From Myxococcota bacterium (GTDB lineage: Bacteria; Myxococcota_A; Polyangia; Nannocystales; Nannocystaceae): a DNA stretch of 64,000 nt. The stretch spans positions 99,042 through 163,041 of the forward strand of contig JBCCHT010000029.1 of NCBI GenBank assembly GCA_039028615.1, in the 5' to 3' direction. The notes below the pieces were generated by a model. The model saw only the letters and a program-made list of their open reading frames with translations. It was not told the DNA's origin and searched no databases. Positions 1 through 10,001 of this stretch are shown here, one piece after another. The stretch's first letter is position 1; each line of letters starts with the position of its first letter. A program made the translations under genes and the position numbers.

Positions 1-1
1 T

Positions 2-2248
2 CTGCTGCTGTCTCCGCTGGCGTTGGCCGCTGCTCCTCCTGCGCTCCCTGAGGGTGATGCAACCGAGACCGAAACGCCAGCCGATGCTGCGCCCGCCGAC
101 GCGGCTCCGGCTGATGCCGCGCCCGCCGATGCGGCTCCGGCCGATGCTGCGCCCGCCGATGATCCAGCCGCGGGCGCCGAAGCATCGGGCGAAGCAGGCG
201 TCGATGCGTCGTTCTCTGCCGACGCCGACTTGAGTGCCGAGATCGGTGACTCCGGTCTGCTCGGTGGCAGCGGCGAAGAGGACGAGGCCGATGAAGGCCG
301 ACGCAACCGTCGAGATCGAGGAGGCGACGACGACGAAGCGGCAGCCAAGCCCGACGATCCGAGCATGGTGCGAGGCCGTCGCGAGCCCATGATGAACACC
401 AATCGCGGTGCAGCGGGTCTATTCCGCACCACGCTGCCCGATGCGGGAGGCAAGTACACCTTCCGCTTCAAGCTCCACACCGACTTCTTCCGCAAGGAGG
501 GCTTCGTCTATGTCGGTGATGCGGGCCCCGATCAGCACGCTCGAGTGCGCGGCGGCGTGGCCATGTCGTTCTCCCCCTTCGAATGGGGTGAGTTGTTCAT
601 GTCCATCAACAGCCAGGCCAACCGCAACGCTCGCGAGCAACCCGGGCGCCAAGACGCCGACGCGGTGTTCGCCCTCGGCGACGTGGACTTCGGCCTCAAG
701 GGCGCCCACCGCTTCACCAAACTCGGTATCGGCGTCGGTGGTCAGGTCGGCGTCGGGCTGCTGTCGGGCAGCGATCGATTGCTGACCTCGGGCGTCAACG
801 TGTGGTTCGACGGCTTGTTCGCCGTCGACATCCGCTACCTGACGAAGAGCCAGTTCCCGTTCCGGTTCACCACCAACCTCGGCTGGATCTACGACAGCTC
901 GCTGAACATCGCGCCCTTCGGGCGGATCTCCGATGACGTGAGCCGTGAGGTGACCCGCTTCTCGCTGGGCGCCAACCACAACCGCATGCGCATGAAGTAC
1001 GCGGTGGACTTCCCCATCCGGCTCGGCAAGGAGCGGCAGTTCGGCCTCGACCCGATCTTGGAGTGGGCGTGGGACATCTCGACGCAAGAGGAGAGCATCG
1101 CGTTCGGTCGCGATGACGCTCAGCCCTCCCCCCTGCCCCGCTCCAGCCAGTGGGTCACGGCGGGCCTGCGGGCCAACGTGGTCGCCGGGCTGCACCTCGA
1201 GGCGGCGGTCGACGTCGGCCTCGTGTCGCCCAACTACGAGTTCGGGCCCGGCGTGCCCCCGTGGCAGGTCTTGCTCGGCTTGGGCTGGTCCTTCGATCCG
1301 AAGCCGGTCGTCAAGGAGGTCGAGGTCGAGACTCCTGCCCCGCCGCCGCCTCCGCCCGAGCCCGTCGCGCTCGAAGGCCGCATCGTGGGTCAGGTGCTCG
1401 ACCCGGCGGGCAACCCCATCGCCGACGCGCGGGTCATGTTCCCCGGCCTCAGCAGCACCGCGGTGCTCACCGACGCCAACGGCAGCTTCACCAGCTTCCG
1501 CTTCCCCGCGGGCCAAGTCGCGGCCCAGGTCATGATCGGCGACACCGTCGTCTCCGAGCAGACCTTCGAGGTCAAAAACGGCGAGGACAGCCAGGCCACC
1601 ATCCAGCTCGAGACCATGCCCGCACCGCCCACCGGGATCGTGCAGGGAGCGATCACCGACGAGCAGGGCAACCCGGTCCAGTTCTCGATGCGCGTGTCCG
1701 GCCAGGGCGTCGACCAGAGCTTCGACTCCACGCCGGGCGGTCTCATCGCCCTCGAGCTGTACGTCGGCGACTACGTCGGCACGGTCACCGCGGCGGGCTT
1801 CAAGACCAAGGACGTCCGCTTCACCGTCCCCGAGGGCGGCGAGCTCCAGCTCTCCGAGCAGCTCAAGGCGGACAAGCCCCCCGAGACGCCCAACGTTCGC
1901 GGCTCGAAGCGGGGGATCAGCCTGCGCAAGAAGATCCGCTACAACGGCAACGACGTCAGCCCGAAGAGCCACAAGATCCTCGACGAGCTGGCCGTCTTCA
2001 TGAACGCGCACCCCGAGTTCCGGCTCATCCAGATCAACGTCCACACGGACAACCTGGGCAACCCGCGGGGTCGCTCGCAGGCTCGCGCCGACGCGGTCAA
2101 GGCGTACCTGACCTCCAAGGGGGTCTCGCCCACACGCATCAAGGCCAAGGGCCACGCCGACCGCAAGCCGGTCGCCGTCAACCTCACCGCCGCGGGTCGG
2201 GCCAAGAACAACCGCACCAGCATCTCGGTGAAGGAGCACGGCGGCTAG
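2..2248 (+). CDS. OmpA-family outer-membrane protein (acidic linker, putative beta-barrel, two carboxypeptidase-regulatory-like domains, OmpA C-terminal domain); 5' truncated
   Basis: Frame is open from base 2 (LLLSPLALAA, end of a signal peptide), so the true start lies before the window. Alternating aromatic beta-strands ending VLLGLGWSF, then GRIVGQVLDPAGNPIADARV (CarboxypepD_reg-like), then OmpA-like HTDN...SQARADAVKAYL...NNR. Confidence 0.8.
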   Translation: MLLSPLALAAAPPALPEGDATETETPADAAPADAAPADAAPADAAPADAAPADDPAAGAEASGEAGVDASFSADADLSAEIGDSGLLGGSGEEDEADEGRRNRRDRGGDDDEAAAKPDDPSMVRGRREPMMNTNRGAAGLFRTTLPDAGGKYTFRFKLHTDFFRKEGFVYVGDAGPDQHARVRGGVAMSFSPFEWGELFMSINSQANRNAREQPGRQDADAVFALGDVDFGLKGAHRFTKLGIGVGGQVGVGLLSGSDRLLTSGVNVWFDGLFAVDIRYLTKSQFPFRFTTNLGWIYDSSLNIAPFGRISDDVSREVTRFSLGANHNRMRMKYAVDFPIRLGKERQFGLDPILEWAWDISTQEESIAFGRDDAQPSPLPRSSQWVTAGLRANVVAGLHLEAAVDVGLVSPNYEFGPGVPPWQVLLGLGWSFDPKPVVKEVEVETPAPPPPPPEPVALEGRIVGQVLDPAGNPIADARVMFPGLSSTAVLTDANGSFTSFRFPAGQVAAQVMIGDTVVSEQTFEVKNGEDSQATIQLETMPAPPTGIVQGAITDEQGNPVQFSMRVSGQGVDQSFDSTPGGLIALELYVGDYVGTVTAAGFKTKDVRFTVPEGGELQLSEQLKADKPPETPNVRGSKRGISLRKKIRYNGNDVSPKSHKILDELAVFMNAHPEFRLIQINVHTDNLGNPRGRSQARADAVKAYLTSKGVSPTRIKAKGHADRKPVAVNLTAAGRAKNNRTSISVKEHGG
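80..160 (+). repeat. 15-bp coding tandem repeat, about 5.5 copies (ADAAP)n
   Basis: GCCGATGCTGCGCCC / GCCGACGCGGCTCCG units read directly from the sequence. Confidence 0.9.
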
Positions 2249-2272
2249 CCGTCGGCGCCTCACTCGGCCACG

Positions 2273-2307
2273 GGGGCCGCGTCTCACTGTCGGGTGGACG
2301 CGGCCTT
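2273..2307. terminator. Hairpin between convergent genes, possible bidirectional terminator
   Basis: GGCCGCGTC (2275-2283) pairs with GACGCGGCC (2297-2305); no long U tract. Confidence 0.45.
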
Positions 2308-2314
2308 CGTCGTC

Positions 2315-2803
2315 TCAGGCGTCGGGTACGAGCGACTTCCAGAACACGACCTGGTGGTCGTCCGGGCCGTAGAACTGCCGGATGCGAGCCTCTTCGGCGT
2401 ATCCGAGGCGAGTGTAGAACGCCCGAGAACCGACGTACGCGTCGGTGGAAGAGGTGTGGATGATCATCGTGCGCGCGACGTCGGACCCACGACCGGCGAG
2501 TGTGTCCTCGACGAAACGGATCAGCTTCTGACCGTATCCATGCCCCTGTTGCTGCGGCGAGACGGCGATGAAGTACAGGTTCCACATCCGATCGGCGAAG
2601 GGCTCGGGGGCGTAGTACACCCCGCCCACGACCGTGCCGTCGGCCTCGAGCACCAGCCAGTGATCGTCCTCGCCCGCCGCACGGAATTGTTCGGAGAGCA
2701 TGCCGACGTCTTCGGGGGTGAACATCCCGGCTGCCACCGCGATGGTCTCGAGCGTGGGGAGGTCCTCGAGCGTAGCGGCGCGGATCGAATGCACGTCGGT
2801 CAC
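2315..2803 (-). CDS. GNAT family N-acetyltransferase
   Basis: IRAATLEDL N-terminus; motif A LYFIAVSPQQQGHGYGQKLI; C-terminal FYTRLGY. Confidence 0.9.
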   Translation of the reverse strand: MTDVHSIRAATLEDLPTLETIAVAAGMFTPEDVGMLSEQFRAAGEDDHWLVLEADGTVVGGVYYAPEPFADRMWNLYFIAVSPQQQGHGYGQKLIRFVEDTLAGRGSDVARTMIIHTSSTDAYVGSRAFYTRLGYAEEARIRQFYGPDDHQVVFWKSLVPDA

Positions 2804-2866
2804 GAGGCGTAGGCTCCCACGTCGCGTCGCCCTCGCACCAGACGATGCCGTACGGCACGTCGTGGA

Positions 2867-3631
2867 TCAGCGATCGCCGTAGGCGTCGGACAGCTCGCTG
2901 ATCCCCTGGACCAGCCGCGCTGGGAGCTCCGATCCTTCCCGACCGAGCTCGCGCAGCACCTGCTCGTAGCTCGGCAATCCGTTGCCGGGGATCCGGGGGA
3001 TGCGGTCGAGCGCGCGTCGCAACTTGTCGAGCGTATCGAGACCCATCACCCAGCGCTGCTCGGCGTGCAGTCGGAACACCTTGTCGACCCACGCGCCCTT
3101 GCCCGTGTGCTCGGCGACACGCAGCAGGCAATTGACCGAGGTCTCGGCCGCGGGATGATTGGCGGGCACCTTCACCGCCGACAGCTGCTTGTACAGCGCG
3201 GAGGCGTAGCGCTCGGCATCGCGGTTCTTCCCGACCTTGAGCGCCTTTTCGATCAGCTGGCTCATCAGCTCGGGCATGCCGGACATCTGCCCGGGAGCCA
3301 GGGTCTGACGCAGCTGGAGCGAGGTGTCGGAGGTATCGGCGGGCTCGCTCTCGATGACCGTCATCAGCTCGCGCCCGATCCGCACTCGGTCGCCGTCCCG
3401 GAGCGTCATGCGCCCGTGGACGCGGTCGCCGTTGACGTAAGTGCCATTGCGGCTGTCGAGGTCTTCGATCTCGATGGTGCCGACCTCGGCGTGAAACCGG
3501 GCATGAACGCGTGAGCTGAGTTCGTCCTCGAGGGTCAACCAGCAATCGGAGCTACGTCCGACTTCGTGGATGCCCAGGGGCAACACCATGGTGTTGCCGC
3601 CCAGCCTGAGCTTGAACTGCGGCACCTGCAC
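2867..3631 (-). CDS. FHA domain protein with helical C-terminal domain (start uncertain: 3625/3631/3697)
   Basis: FHA signature VGRSSDC...SRVHARF...DLDSRNGTYVNG...LRDGDRVRIG. Confidence 0.85.
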   Translation of the reverse strand: MQVPQFKLRLGGNTMVLPLGIHEVGRSSDCWLTLEDELSSRVHARFHAEVGTIEIEDLDSRNGTYVNGDRVHGRMTLRDGDRVRIGRELMTVIESEPADTSDTSLQLRQTLAPGQMSGMPELMSQLIEKALKVGKNRDAERYASALYKQLSAVKVPANHPAAETSVNCLLRVAEHTGKGAWVDKVFRLHAEQRWVMGLDTLDKLRRALDRIPRIPGNGLPSYEQVLRELGREGSELPARLVQGISELSDAYGDR

Positions 3632-3790
3632 CTCACCATACCGCAACTTGTGGCGTACGCCGAAGGAGAGGCATTTTGTCCTCCACCTTTGCGCCATTGG
3701 CGCAATGCGCGGCGAAGGTGGACGATCTCGGCCCCCATCCGCTCGGACCGACGGGCCCGAGCGGATGCGCTCGCGTAACGAAGTCCCGGC

Positions 3791-6700
3791 TCAGCGAACG
3801 AGGAACTGCTGATCCGGATTGATCTCGGCGACGTCGTGCACGATGCGAACGACCTGGCCTCGAATGCCGGCGACCCCACCCCGCCCGCCGGCGTCGATGA
3901 TGAAGTCGGCCTCGAACTCGGGTCCGCGAATGATCCGCACCGGATAGACCAGCGGCGAGGTTCCGACCACCACGGGCTCGTTGTAGGGCACGAAGCCGTT
4001 CTGGCTGGCGAACTCCTCGCGGTAGCCGTCGGGGATCCGGGCGCGCAGGAACTCGGCGAAGCTGGCCGGCCACGGCCGCGTGGGTGAGTCGGGCGGCGCG
4101 GAGACGAGACCGGTGAGGCTGGTGAGGTCGATGATCACCGACATCACCGGGTTGGAGTACCGAATGGCCGGCACCAACTCGTCACGGTAGCGGAACGTAT
4201 GGAACAGCGACGCCGGGCCGGCCGCTCGCTCGGCGACGATGCGGCACGGGTTGGGATCGTCCGGGCTCGCCTGGTCGGGATTGACACAGTCCGGGATCTG
4301 CCAGAGGCCGGTGCCGAAGGTGGACTCGGCGTCGGGGCCCAGGCGGATGCGGCTGGTCAACAAGTTCGAGACCTGCTCGTCCTCGACACACTCGCCGGTC
4401 AGCGGAGAAGAGATGACGCGATCGGTCAAGAACGGCGTGGAAGAGCCCGAGAACGCAAGGGATTCGTGTAGCTGCACCGAGTAGCGAACGAGCTCGGGGA
4501 AGCAGCGCGGACCCGGCAGCGGGCTGAGCATGCAGCCGGGGTTGTTGTCCTCGCAGGGCACGTGGCAGGTGCCCGCCACGCAGACCTCGCCCTCACCCAG
4601 GCACTCCTGCGTGTAGACGGTGGGGTTGCCGTCCTCGTCGAAGTCGCCCTCGACGGTGAACTGAGAGTCGCAGGGCAGCGGAGGCTGCTCGCCGGTCGGC
4701 GGCGCACACAGGTCGCAGGGCGCCCGGCACAGGGACTCGACGCACACGTACTGCGAGCCGAGGCCATCGCAATCGGCGTCGTCGTTGCAGCCGCCGTCGG
4801 GCTGCTGACCGACGCACTGGCCCGCGGACTCGCCTTCGGGCACGACGCAGCTCATCAGGCCACGCTGGTTCGGATCCTCGCCGACCAGGTCGTAGGGATC
4901 GGGCAGGCAGTCGTCGTCGATCGAACAGGCCTCGGCCGTCGCCGTGCTCGGCGTGGCGCCGACCCCCTGGTGGAGGATGGGCGCGTCACACGAAAGCCGG
5001 GTTCGATACTCGACCAGGTCGACGTCGGGCGCGGCCGACTCGGGGTCGAGCTCGTCCGCCGTAGCCATGTCGCGGACGATGGTCCGCTCCGGGATGTCGA
5101 GGGGCTGCAGCCACAGCTCTTGGTCGGTGGCGCGGGTGATCCGGTACTCGCGCTGAGCCGATCCGCACGGGTCCCGAATGAAGGGCGCGCAGACTTCGCG
5201 CAGCGTCTCCCGCTCGGTGTCGTACGCGAGCTCGGAGATGCAGATACCCGTGGCGGTGCTGGGCGCGGTGGGCTCGCGCAGGCAGCGTTGGCCGAGGCCG
5301 CAGCTGTCGTCGTCGGAGCACCCGCCGATCACGACCTTGTCGCCCGCGAGCACGCCGTCTTCGCAGAACGCGGCGCCTTCATCGAGCAGGCGCGCGTCGT
5401 CCTCCTCGATGTTGCGGCAGGTGGCCCCGGGCAGCGCATTGCCGCTGGGGCTGACGCCGCCGTGGTTGTCGCACTCGAGCAAGCCGGTGGAGCTGCTGGT
5501 GCCGGGCACGGTGGGCTCCCACGCCAAGGTCCACGCCTGGGACCCCCACAGCTGGAAGTCGCGCACGGCGACGCGGGGGGCGGCGTTGGTGTACAGGCCG
5601 CCGTCCTCGGTCTCGAAGCGCCCGAGCCCGTCGATGTTCTCGACCCCACCGAGCGCGGTGGAGACCGCCTCTTGGGTGTCGGAGACGTTGGCTCCCGTGG
5701 CGTAGGCCAAGTCGATGCGACGCAGGGAGGGCGAGAGGCTCTGGGCGTCCCCGCCCCCGCCCGGCAGCGCGCGTCCCGGCTCCTCGTCGGCCACCAGCGG
5801 CAGCGCGTCGGCCACCGGGTTGCTGGCAAAGGGGTCGATGGCGGGCCACAGCGAGTGCGGGCGCACCTGAACGCTCATGACACCGACCGGGTCGACGCTC
5901 ACGTCCACGCGCTCGTCGACGAAGAACTGGCCGAAGCTCGAGTACACGACCGTGCCGACCGAGGTCACGCCCACGCCGACCACGCCCGGTCCACAGAACG
6001 GGGTGTGCCGGTCCTCGGGACGAATGCTCTCGGTCTCGAGGATGCTGCAGAAGGTCCGCGCGTCTTCCTCGCTGACCTCGTGGAAGGTCCAGTCGTTGAC
6101 GGTCGCGCCACCCGAGGCTCGGATGCCGGGGCCGACGGCGAAGGGACGACGGCTGAGCTCGTTGCCGACCTGCCCTGGATCGAGCGGCACGCAGGCGCTG
6201 GGCGCCTCGAGCACGGGGTCGATCTGAGTGTCGCACTCGACGCCCAGCGATCCGCGATCCGGGTCGCGACGCACGACGTGGGTCGAGCCGTCGCCCGCGA
6301 TCACGTACAGGTACTGCAGCGTCTCGCCGAGGATGTCGGTCACCGGGGTCGCCCGGATGCCCTGCACGCCCTCGGCCTCTTCGAGCTGGAGCGACTGCAC
6401 GGTGTCGGCGAAGCGACCGTCCTCGTCGAGCTCGATCTCGTAGACCTCTTCGGAGCCGGGGCCGCCCACGAACAGCGTCGAGTAGGTCACGACCTCGTTG
6501 GGCTCCGTGGCGGTGCCGTCGGGATCGGGGTCGACCACTAGCTCCAGGGTGGTCGGGAACACGCCGTCGGGGTCGACCAGCTCGACCTCCGCGGGCAGCG
6601 CGCCGTCGAATTGATCCGGGCAATCGACCGGGCACAGCGGCTCGGTGCCCGCGTCCACGATCTCGATCTCGCCGTCCGCGTTGGTCACGAAGCGGCGGCT

Positions 6701-7558
6701 CTGCAGGATCGTCTGCGTGCCCAGGCTGATCTCGGCGACCAGCTGACAGGACGGGAAGGTCACGTAGACGCTCGCCGGGCGCGTCAGGTCGCAGGTGAGC
6801 CCCGCGGCGTCGGTGGTGCCGTCGTCTCCGCCGTCATCGCCGGAGCTGCCGCCGTCCATCTCGAAATCGCTGTCGTCGGCCCCGTCGTCGAGGCTGTCGT
6901 CCCCTCCCCCGGTACCGCCTGTGGGAAGCTCGGTGCCGTCGCTGGCCAGGCTCAGTCGGGCGGGCACGCCGATGATGGCTCCCGGCGACGAGGCCAGGGG
7001 CTGCCCGTCGCTGCGCCGCGGCACGAGGGTGGACACCAGCGAGCTGGCGGGCGGCAGAGGATCGGGGTCGCTGCCGCCGATCGGGGTGTCGATCGCGTAG
7101 GCGGCGAACCCGGCCACGTCGAGCACGGTCAGGTCGCAGCTGCCGGTATTGGCCGACATCGCCCGGCACGAGTCGGTGGTGGTGGTCATGGCCGACGGCA
7201 GGCTGCCGGCGGGGATGAAGTTGTAGCCCGGCGCGTCCGGGTCGAGGTCGACGAGCGCGGCGTCCCGGTCGCAGCGACGGAACATCGCCAGCTCGTTGCG
7301 CTCGGAGTTCGCCACGAACCCGATGAGCTGCGGCGTGGGCGAGTCGGAGATGGAGCAGCGACTGTCGCTCGCGCCTGCGCACTGGTTGAGCGACAGGACT
7401 TCGATCGCGGTGCCCGTGTCGCGCACGCAGGCGAGCACGGCATCGAGCGGTCGATCGAGCACCCGGTTGGGCACCAGGGTACGGTCATCGTCCCCGCAGC
7501 CCACCAAAGCGGCGGCAGCGAGGCACCAAGCGAGGATTCGGGGCACGGGGCGGCTCAT
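3791..7558 (-). CDS. Large Cys-rich lipoprotein (~1255 aa), function unknown
   Basis: Start re-called at MSRPVPRILAWCLAAAALVG-C (lipobox), ATGA overlap with the upstream gene. More than 40 Cys; propeller-like FVAN / YVTF / LYVIAGDG strands; Cx4-5Cx5C modules. Confidence 0.8.
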   Translation of the reverse strand: MSRPVPRILAWCLAAAALVGCGDDDRTLVPNRVLDRPLDAVLACVRDTGTAIEVLSLNQCAGASDSRCSISDSPTPQLIGFVANSERNELAMFRRCDRDAALVDLDPDAPGYNFIPAGSLPSAMTTTTDSCRAMSANTGSCDLTVLDVAGFAAYAIDTPIGGSDPDPLPPASSLVSTLVPRRSDGQPLASSPGAIIGVPARLSLASDGTELPTGGTGGGDDSLDDGADDSDFEMDGGSSGDDGGDDGTTDAAGLTCDLTRPASVYVTFPSCQLVAEISLGTQTILQSRRFVTNADGEIEIVDAGTEPLCPVDCPDQFDGALPAEVELVDPDGVFPTTLELVVDPDPDGTATEPNEVVTYSTLFVGGPGSEEVYEIELDEDGRFADTVQSLQLEEAEGVQGIRATPVTDILGETLQYLYVIAGDGSTHVVRRDPDRGSLGVECDTQIDPVLEAPSACVPLDPGQVGNELSRRPFAVGPGIRASGGATVNDWTFHEVSEEDARTFCSILETESIRPEDRHTPFCGPGVVGVGVTSVGTVVYSSFGQFFVDERVDVSVDPVGVMSVQVRPHSLWPAIDPFASNPVADALPLVADEEPGRALPGGGGDAQSLSPSLRRIDLAYATGANVSDTQEAVSTALGGVENIDGLGRFETEDGGLYTNAAPRVAVRDFQLWGSQAWTLAWEPTVPGTSSSTGLLECDNHGGVSPSGNALPGATCRNIEEDDARLLDEGAAFCEDGVLAGDKVVIGGCSDDDSCGLGQRCLREPTAPSTATGICISELAYDTERETLREVCAPFIRDPCGSAQREYRITRATDQELWLQPLDIPERTIVRDMATADELDPESAAPDVDLVEYRTRLSCDAPILHQGVGATPSTATAEACSIDDDCLPDPYDLVGEDPNQRGLMSCVVPEGESAGQCVGQQPDGGCNDDADCDGLGSQYVCVESLCRAPCDLCAPPTGEQPPLPCDSQFTVEGDFDEDGNPTVYTQECLGEGEVCVAGTCHVPCEDNNPGCMLSPLPGPRCFPELVRYSVQLHESLAFSGSSTPFLTDRVISSPLTGECVEDEQVSNLLTSRIRLGPDAESTFGTGLWQIPDCVNPDQASPDDPNPCRIVAERAAGPASLFHTFRYRDELVPAIRYSNPVMSVIIDLTSLTGLVSAPPDSPTRPWPASFAEFLRARIPDGYREEFASQNGFVPYNEPVVVGTSPLVYPVRIIRGPEFEADFIIDAGGRGGVAGIRGQVVRIVHDVAEINPDQQFLVR

Positions 7559-9789
7559 TGCGAGAACGGGTCCTGCAGGCCGAGACGGGCCAGCTCCTGG
7601 AAGCGCGTGGACCGTCGCCGAGACAGGTCGATCACGCTGATGGAAAACTCGAGGTTGTTGATCACGTACGCGACCTCGCGGTCCTCGTCGATCGTGAGGT
7701 CGTGAGGGCCCGTGCCCACGACGATTGCATCGACGACCCGGAGGGCCTCGAGGTCCACGACATAGACGAGGGCGGCGCGGAAGCAGGTGATGAGCGCGAA
7801 GCGCTGCGAGGGCGTGCCGAAGGCGTCCCGCTCCGTGTAGATCTTCATGCGCGACGGCTCGGCGCACAGCTCGACCGGCGGCGCCGAAGGAATGTCGATG
7901 GGCTCGCCGTCGGCCCCCAGCGAGGTGTCGAGCGACAGCAACGCGCCGGGGTTGGTCTGCACGACGAGCAGCTGGTCCCCGCGCGGGTCGGCGAAGGCCA
8001 TGTCGCCCAGGATCGGCGAGAAGGTCAGGCTGGTATCGAGCAGCAGCGAGGGCTGGATGCGTCGCGAGCCCCGGACCTGCGGCTCACACTCGATGGCGCA
8101 GGGCTGACCGATCTGGTCGGGCGTGGCGCAGTACGGCCCGCCGTAGCCCTCGCCGCAGCCCCCGTCGGCGCAGTCGACCGCGCAGCCCAGGTCGCCGCCG
8201 TCGAGGCCGAGGCCCTCGCCTTCACAGCACGGGATTTGGTCGGCCGACGCCATGTCGCACTGCTCGGCCGCGGTCAGGCCCCCGTCGATGTCGGAGAACC
8301 CGGCGCAGCACTTGGCGCGGTCGAAGCCGCGATCGCAGGTGATGCTGCTGTCGTCGCCCTGGCTCTGGATGCGGCACTCGGTGCGCAGGCCGTCGATGTT
8401 GCAGTCCTCGCGCTCGGCCGCCGGGGTGATGCGCTCGGCCACGCCGCCCACGTCGAGGCCGCTGGCGGTGAAGCTGATGACCTGCCCCGCGAAGCGTAGG
8501 CTCGTGTAGATGAGCGGGCGGGTGCAGCCCTGGGTCACCACGGGCACGTTGCCGAGCGGGTCGGCGGCGCCCAGCGGGCCCTGCCCCTGCTCGAAGCAGG
8601 GACGCGCGGCCAGGCCGAAACCACCGGTCGCGCCCGCGCCCACCGTGTACAGCGGGGCCAGGTCGACGATGGCGGGATCGGTGCCCCCACGAACGCCGTC
8701 GAGGTCGATGACGCTCAGCTGCGAGCCATCGGCGTGGGCCACGAAGGCCATGCGCTGCCCTCGACCGTCGGGCTCGTTGAGCGCGGTGTCCCGCTCCCAG
8801 ATCATCGCGTTGAAGGGCTCGCGCTCCAGCGTGTCGAGATCGGGGTCGTTGCGGAGCGTGTCGAGGCGATGCGCATCGCCGCACAGCTCGGGGTCGAGGT
8901 CGTCACCGCCCTGCTCGCACTCGAGGCGCAGGCTGTCGCCGCTGGACTCGACGTCGATATAGGTGATGCTGGGATCGCCGCGGACGGGCAGCCACAGCCG
9001 GGTAAAGTCCTCGCCGGCGTCGTCCTGCTCGATGGACGCCGCGAAGGTCGTCGCGAAGTCGCCGACGTGGGCCATGCTGCGCACGAAGGGCTGCTCGTCG
9101 CACTCGACGATGTGGGGCAGCAACGGCAAGCGGCGGCAGGGGCCCGTGGTGGGGTCGCTGCCCTCGTCGATGTCGGTGCCCGGCGGCAGCACGCAGCGGT
9201 TGATGGTCCCCTGCTCGGTCTGCACGTCGTGGCAGAAGGGATCGAGCGCGCCTCGCCGCGGGTCACAGACCTCGCGCACCGGGGCGAAGGCGTCGCGCAG
9301 CGTGTCGTAGACCTCGGCTCGAAGGAGCGCCTGCTCGTCTTCGGGGAGCCCCCCATCGATTGCGGCCAGGTTGGTACGCGCGGTGTCGAGCGCGGCTTGG
9401 GCCAGCGGCTGACGATCGAGGCATTCCTGCCGGGCGTTGCCGGGATAGGGCTCGTACCAAGAGCGCCAGAAGTCGCGCAGGTCGATGGCCACCACCGTGC
9501 CGGTATTGAAGGTCCGGTCGTTGTTGCCGTTGGCAACGTACAGGTAGCGCGGCCCGGGGACGTCATCCGTCGGCTCGGGCAGCACCACCGCATCGAGGTC
9601 GGGCTCGGGGTTGGCCAGCTCGTCGTCCACGACGCCATCGCGATTGATGGGGTCGAGCAGGACGCCACTGGGAAAGAAGAACCGCTCCCCTGGGGGGGTC
9701 TGCCCGAGGTTGGTGGCTTCGCAGGCGCCACCTAGCACAATCATCAGCAGCGACCCGATGGCCGCGCCATACCCGGTTCGGGCGCGCAT
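7555..9789 (-). CDS. Cys-rich lipoprotein with YVTN/YncE-like beta-propeller blades
   Basis: Lipobox IVLGGA-C; LYVANGN...GTVVAIDL; AIVVGTGPHDLTI; AYVINNLEFSISVIDL; more than 25 Cys. Confidence 0.75.
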   Translation of the reverse strand: MRARTGYGAAIGSLLMIVLGGACEATNLGQTPPGERFFFPSGVLLDPINRDGVVDDELANPEPDLDAVVLPEPTDDVPGPRYLYVANGNNDRTFNTGTVVAIDLRDFWRSWYEPYPGNARQECLDRQPLAQAALDTARTNLAAIDGGLPEDEQALLRAEVYDTLRDAFAPVREVCDPRRGALDPFCHDVQTEQGTINRCVLPPGTDIDEGSDPTTGPCRRLPLLPHIVECDEQPFVRSMAHVGDFATTFAASIEQDDAGEDFTRLWLPVRGDPSITYIDVESSGDSLRLECEQGGDDLDPELCGDAHRLDTLRNDPDLDTLEREPFNAMIWERDTALNEPDGRGQRMAFVAHADGSQLSVIDLDGVRGGTDPAIVDLAPLYTVGAGATGGFGLAARPCFEQGQGPLGAADPLGNVPVVTQGCTRPLIYTSLRFAGQVISFTASGLDVGGVAERITPAAEREDCNIDGLRTECRIQSQGDDSSITCDRGFDRAKCCAGFSDIDGGLTAAEQCDMASADQIPCCEGEGLGLDGGDLGCAVDCADGGCGEGYGGPYCATPDQIGQPCAIECEPQVRGSRRIQPSLLLDTSLTFSPILGDMAFADPRGDQLLVVQTNPGALLSLDTSLGADGEPIDIPSAPPVELCAEPSRMKIYTERDAFGTPSQRFALITCFRAALVYVVDLEALRVVDAIVVGTGPHDLTIDEDREVAYVINNLEFSISVIDLSRRRSTRFQELARLGLQDPFSQ

Positions 9790-10001
9790 TGGCCGGAACC
9801 TACCACAGGGTTACGCGCGCCCCCACGGGTCCGGGACCCTTCGCCACATCGTCGCGGGGCGACCCCGGACATTGGCCCCAGTGACGTCCGTCACGGCTCC
9901 CTGAGGGGCTGTGCGTGGCCGTCGTCGACGAATCACGCCCAACCCGCGCCAAGGGGCGCACGGGGGCCGCGGGCGAGGTGCGGGGGCCTTTGGCGAAGGC
10001 C

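Noticed and set aside
3791..7867. ORF-track start positions for several genes (7867, 14121, 13774, 42656, 42367, 44283, 47706, 52857, 55949, 56200, 55794, 57281)
   Set aside because: These extensions overlap neighbouring genes. Later starts restore signal peptides, ATGA coupling or family-typical N-termini.
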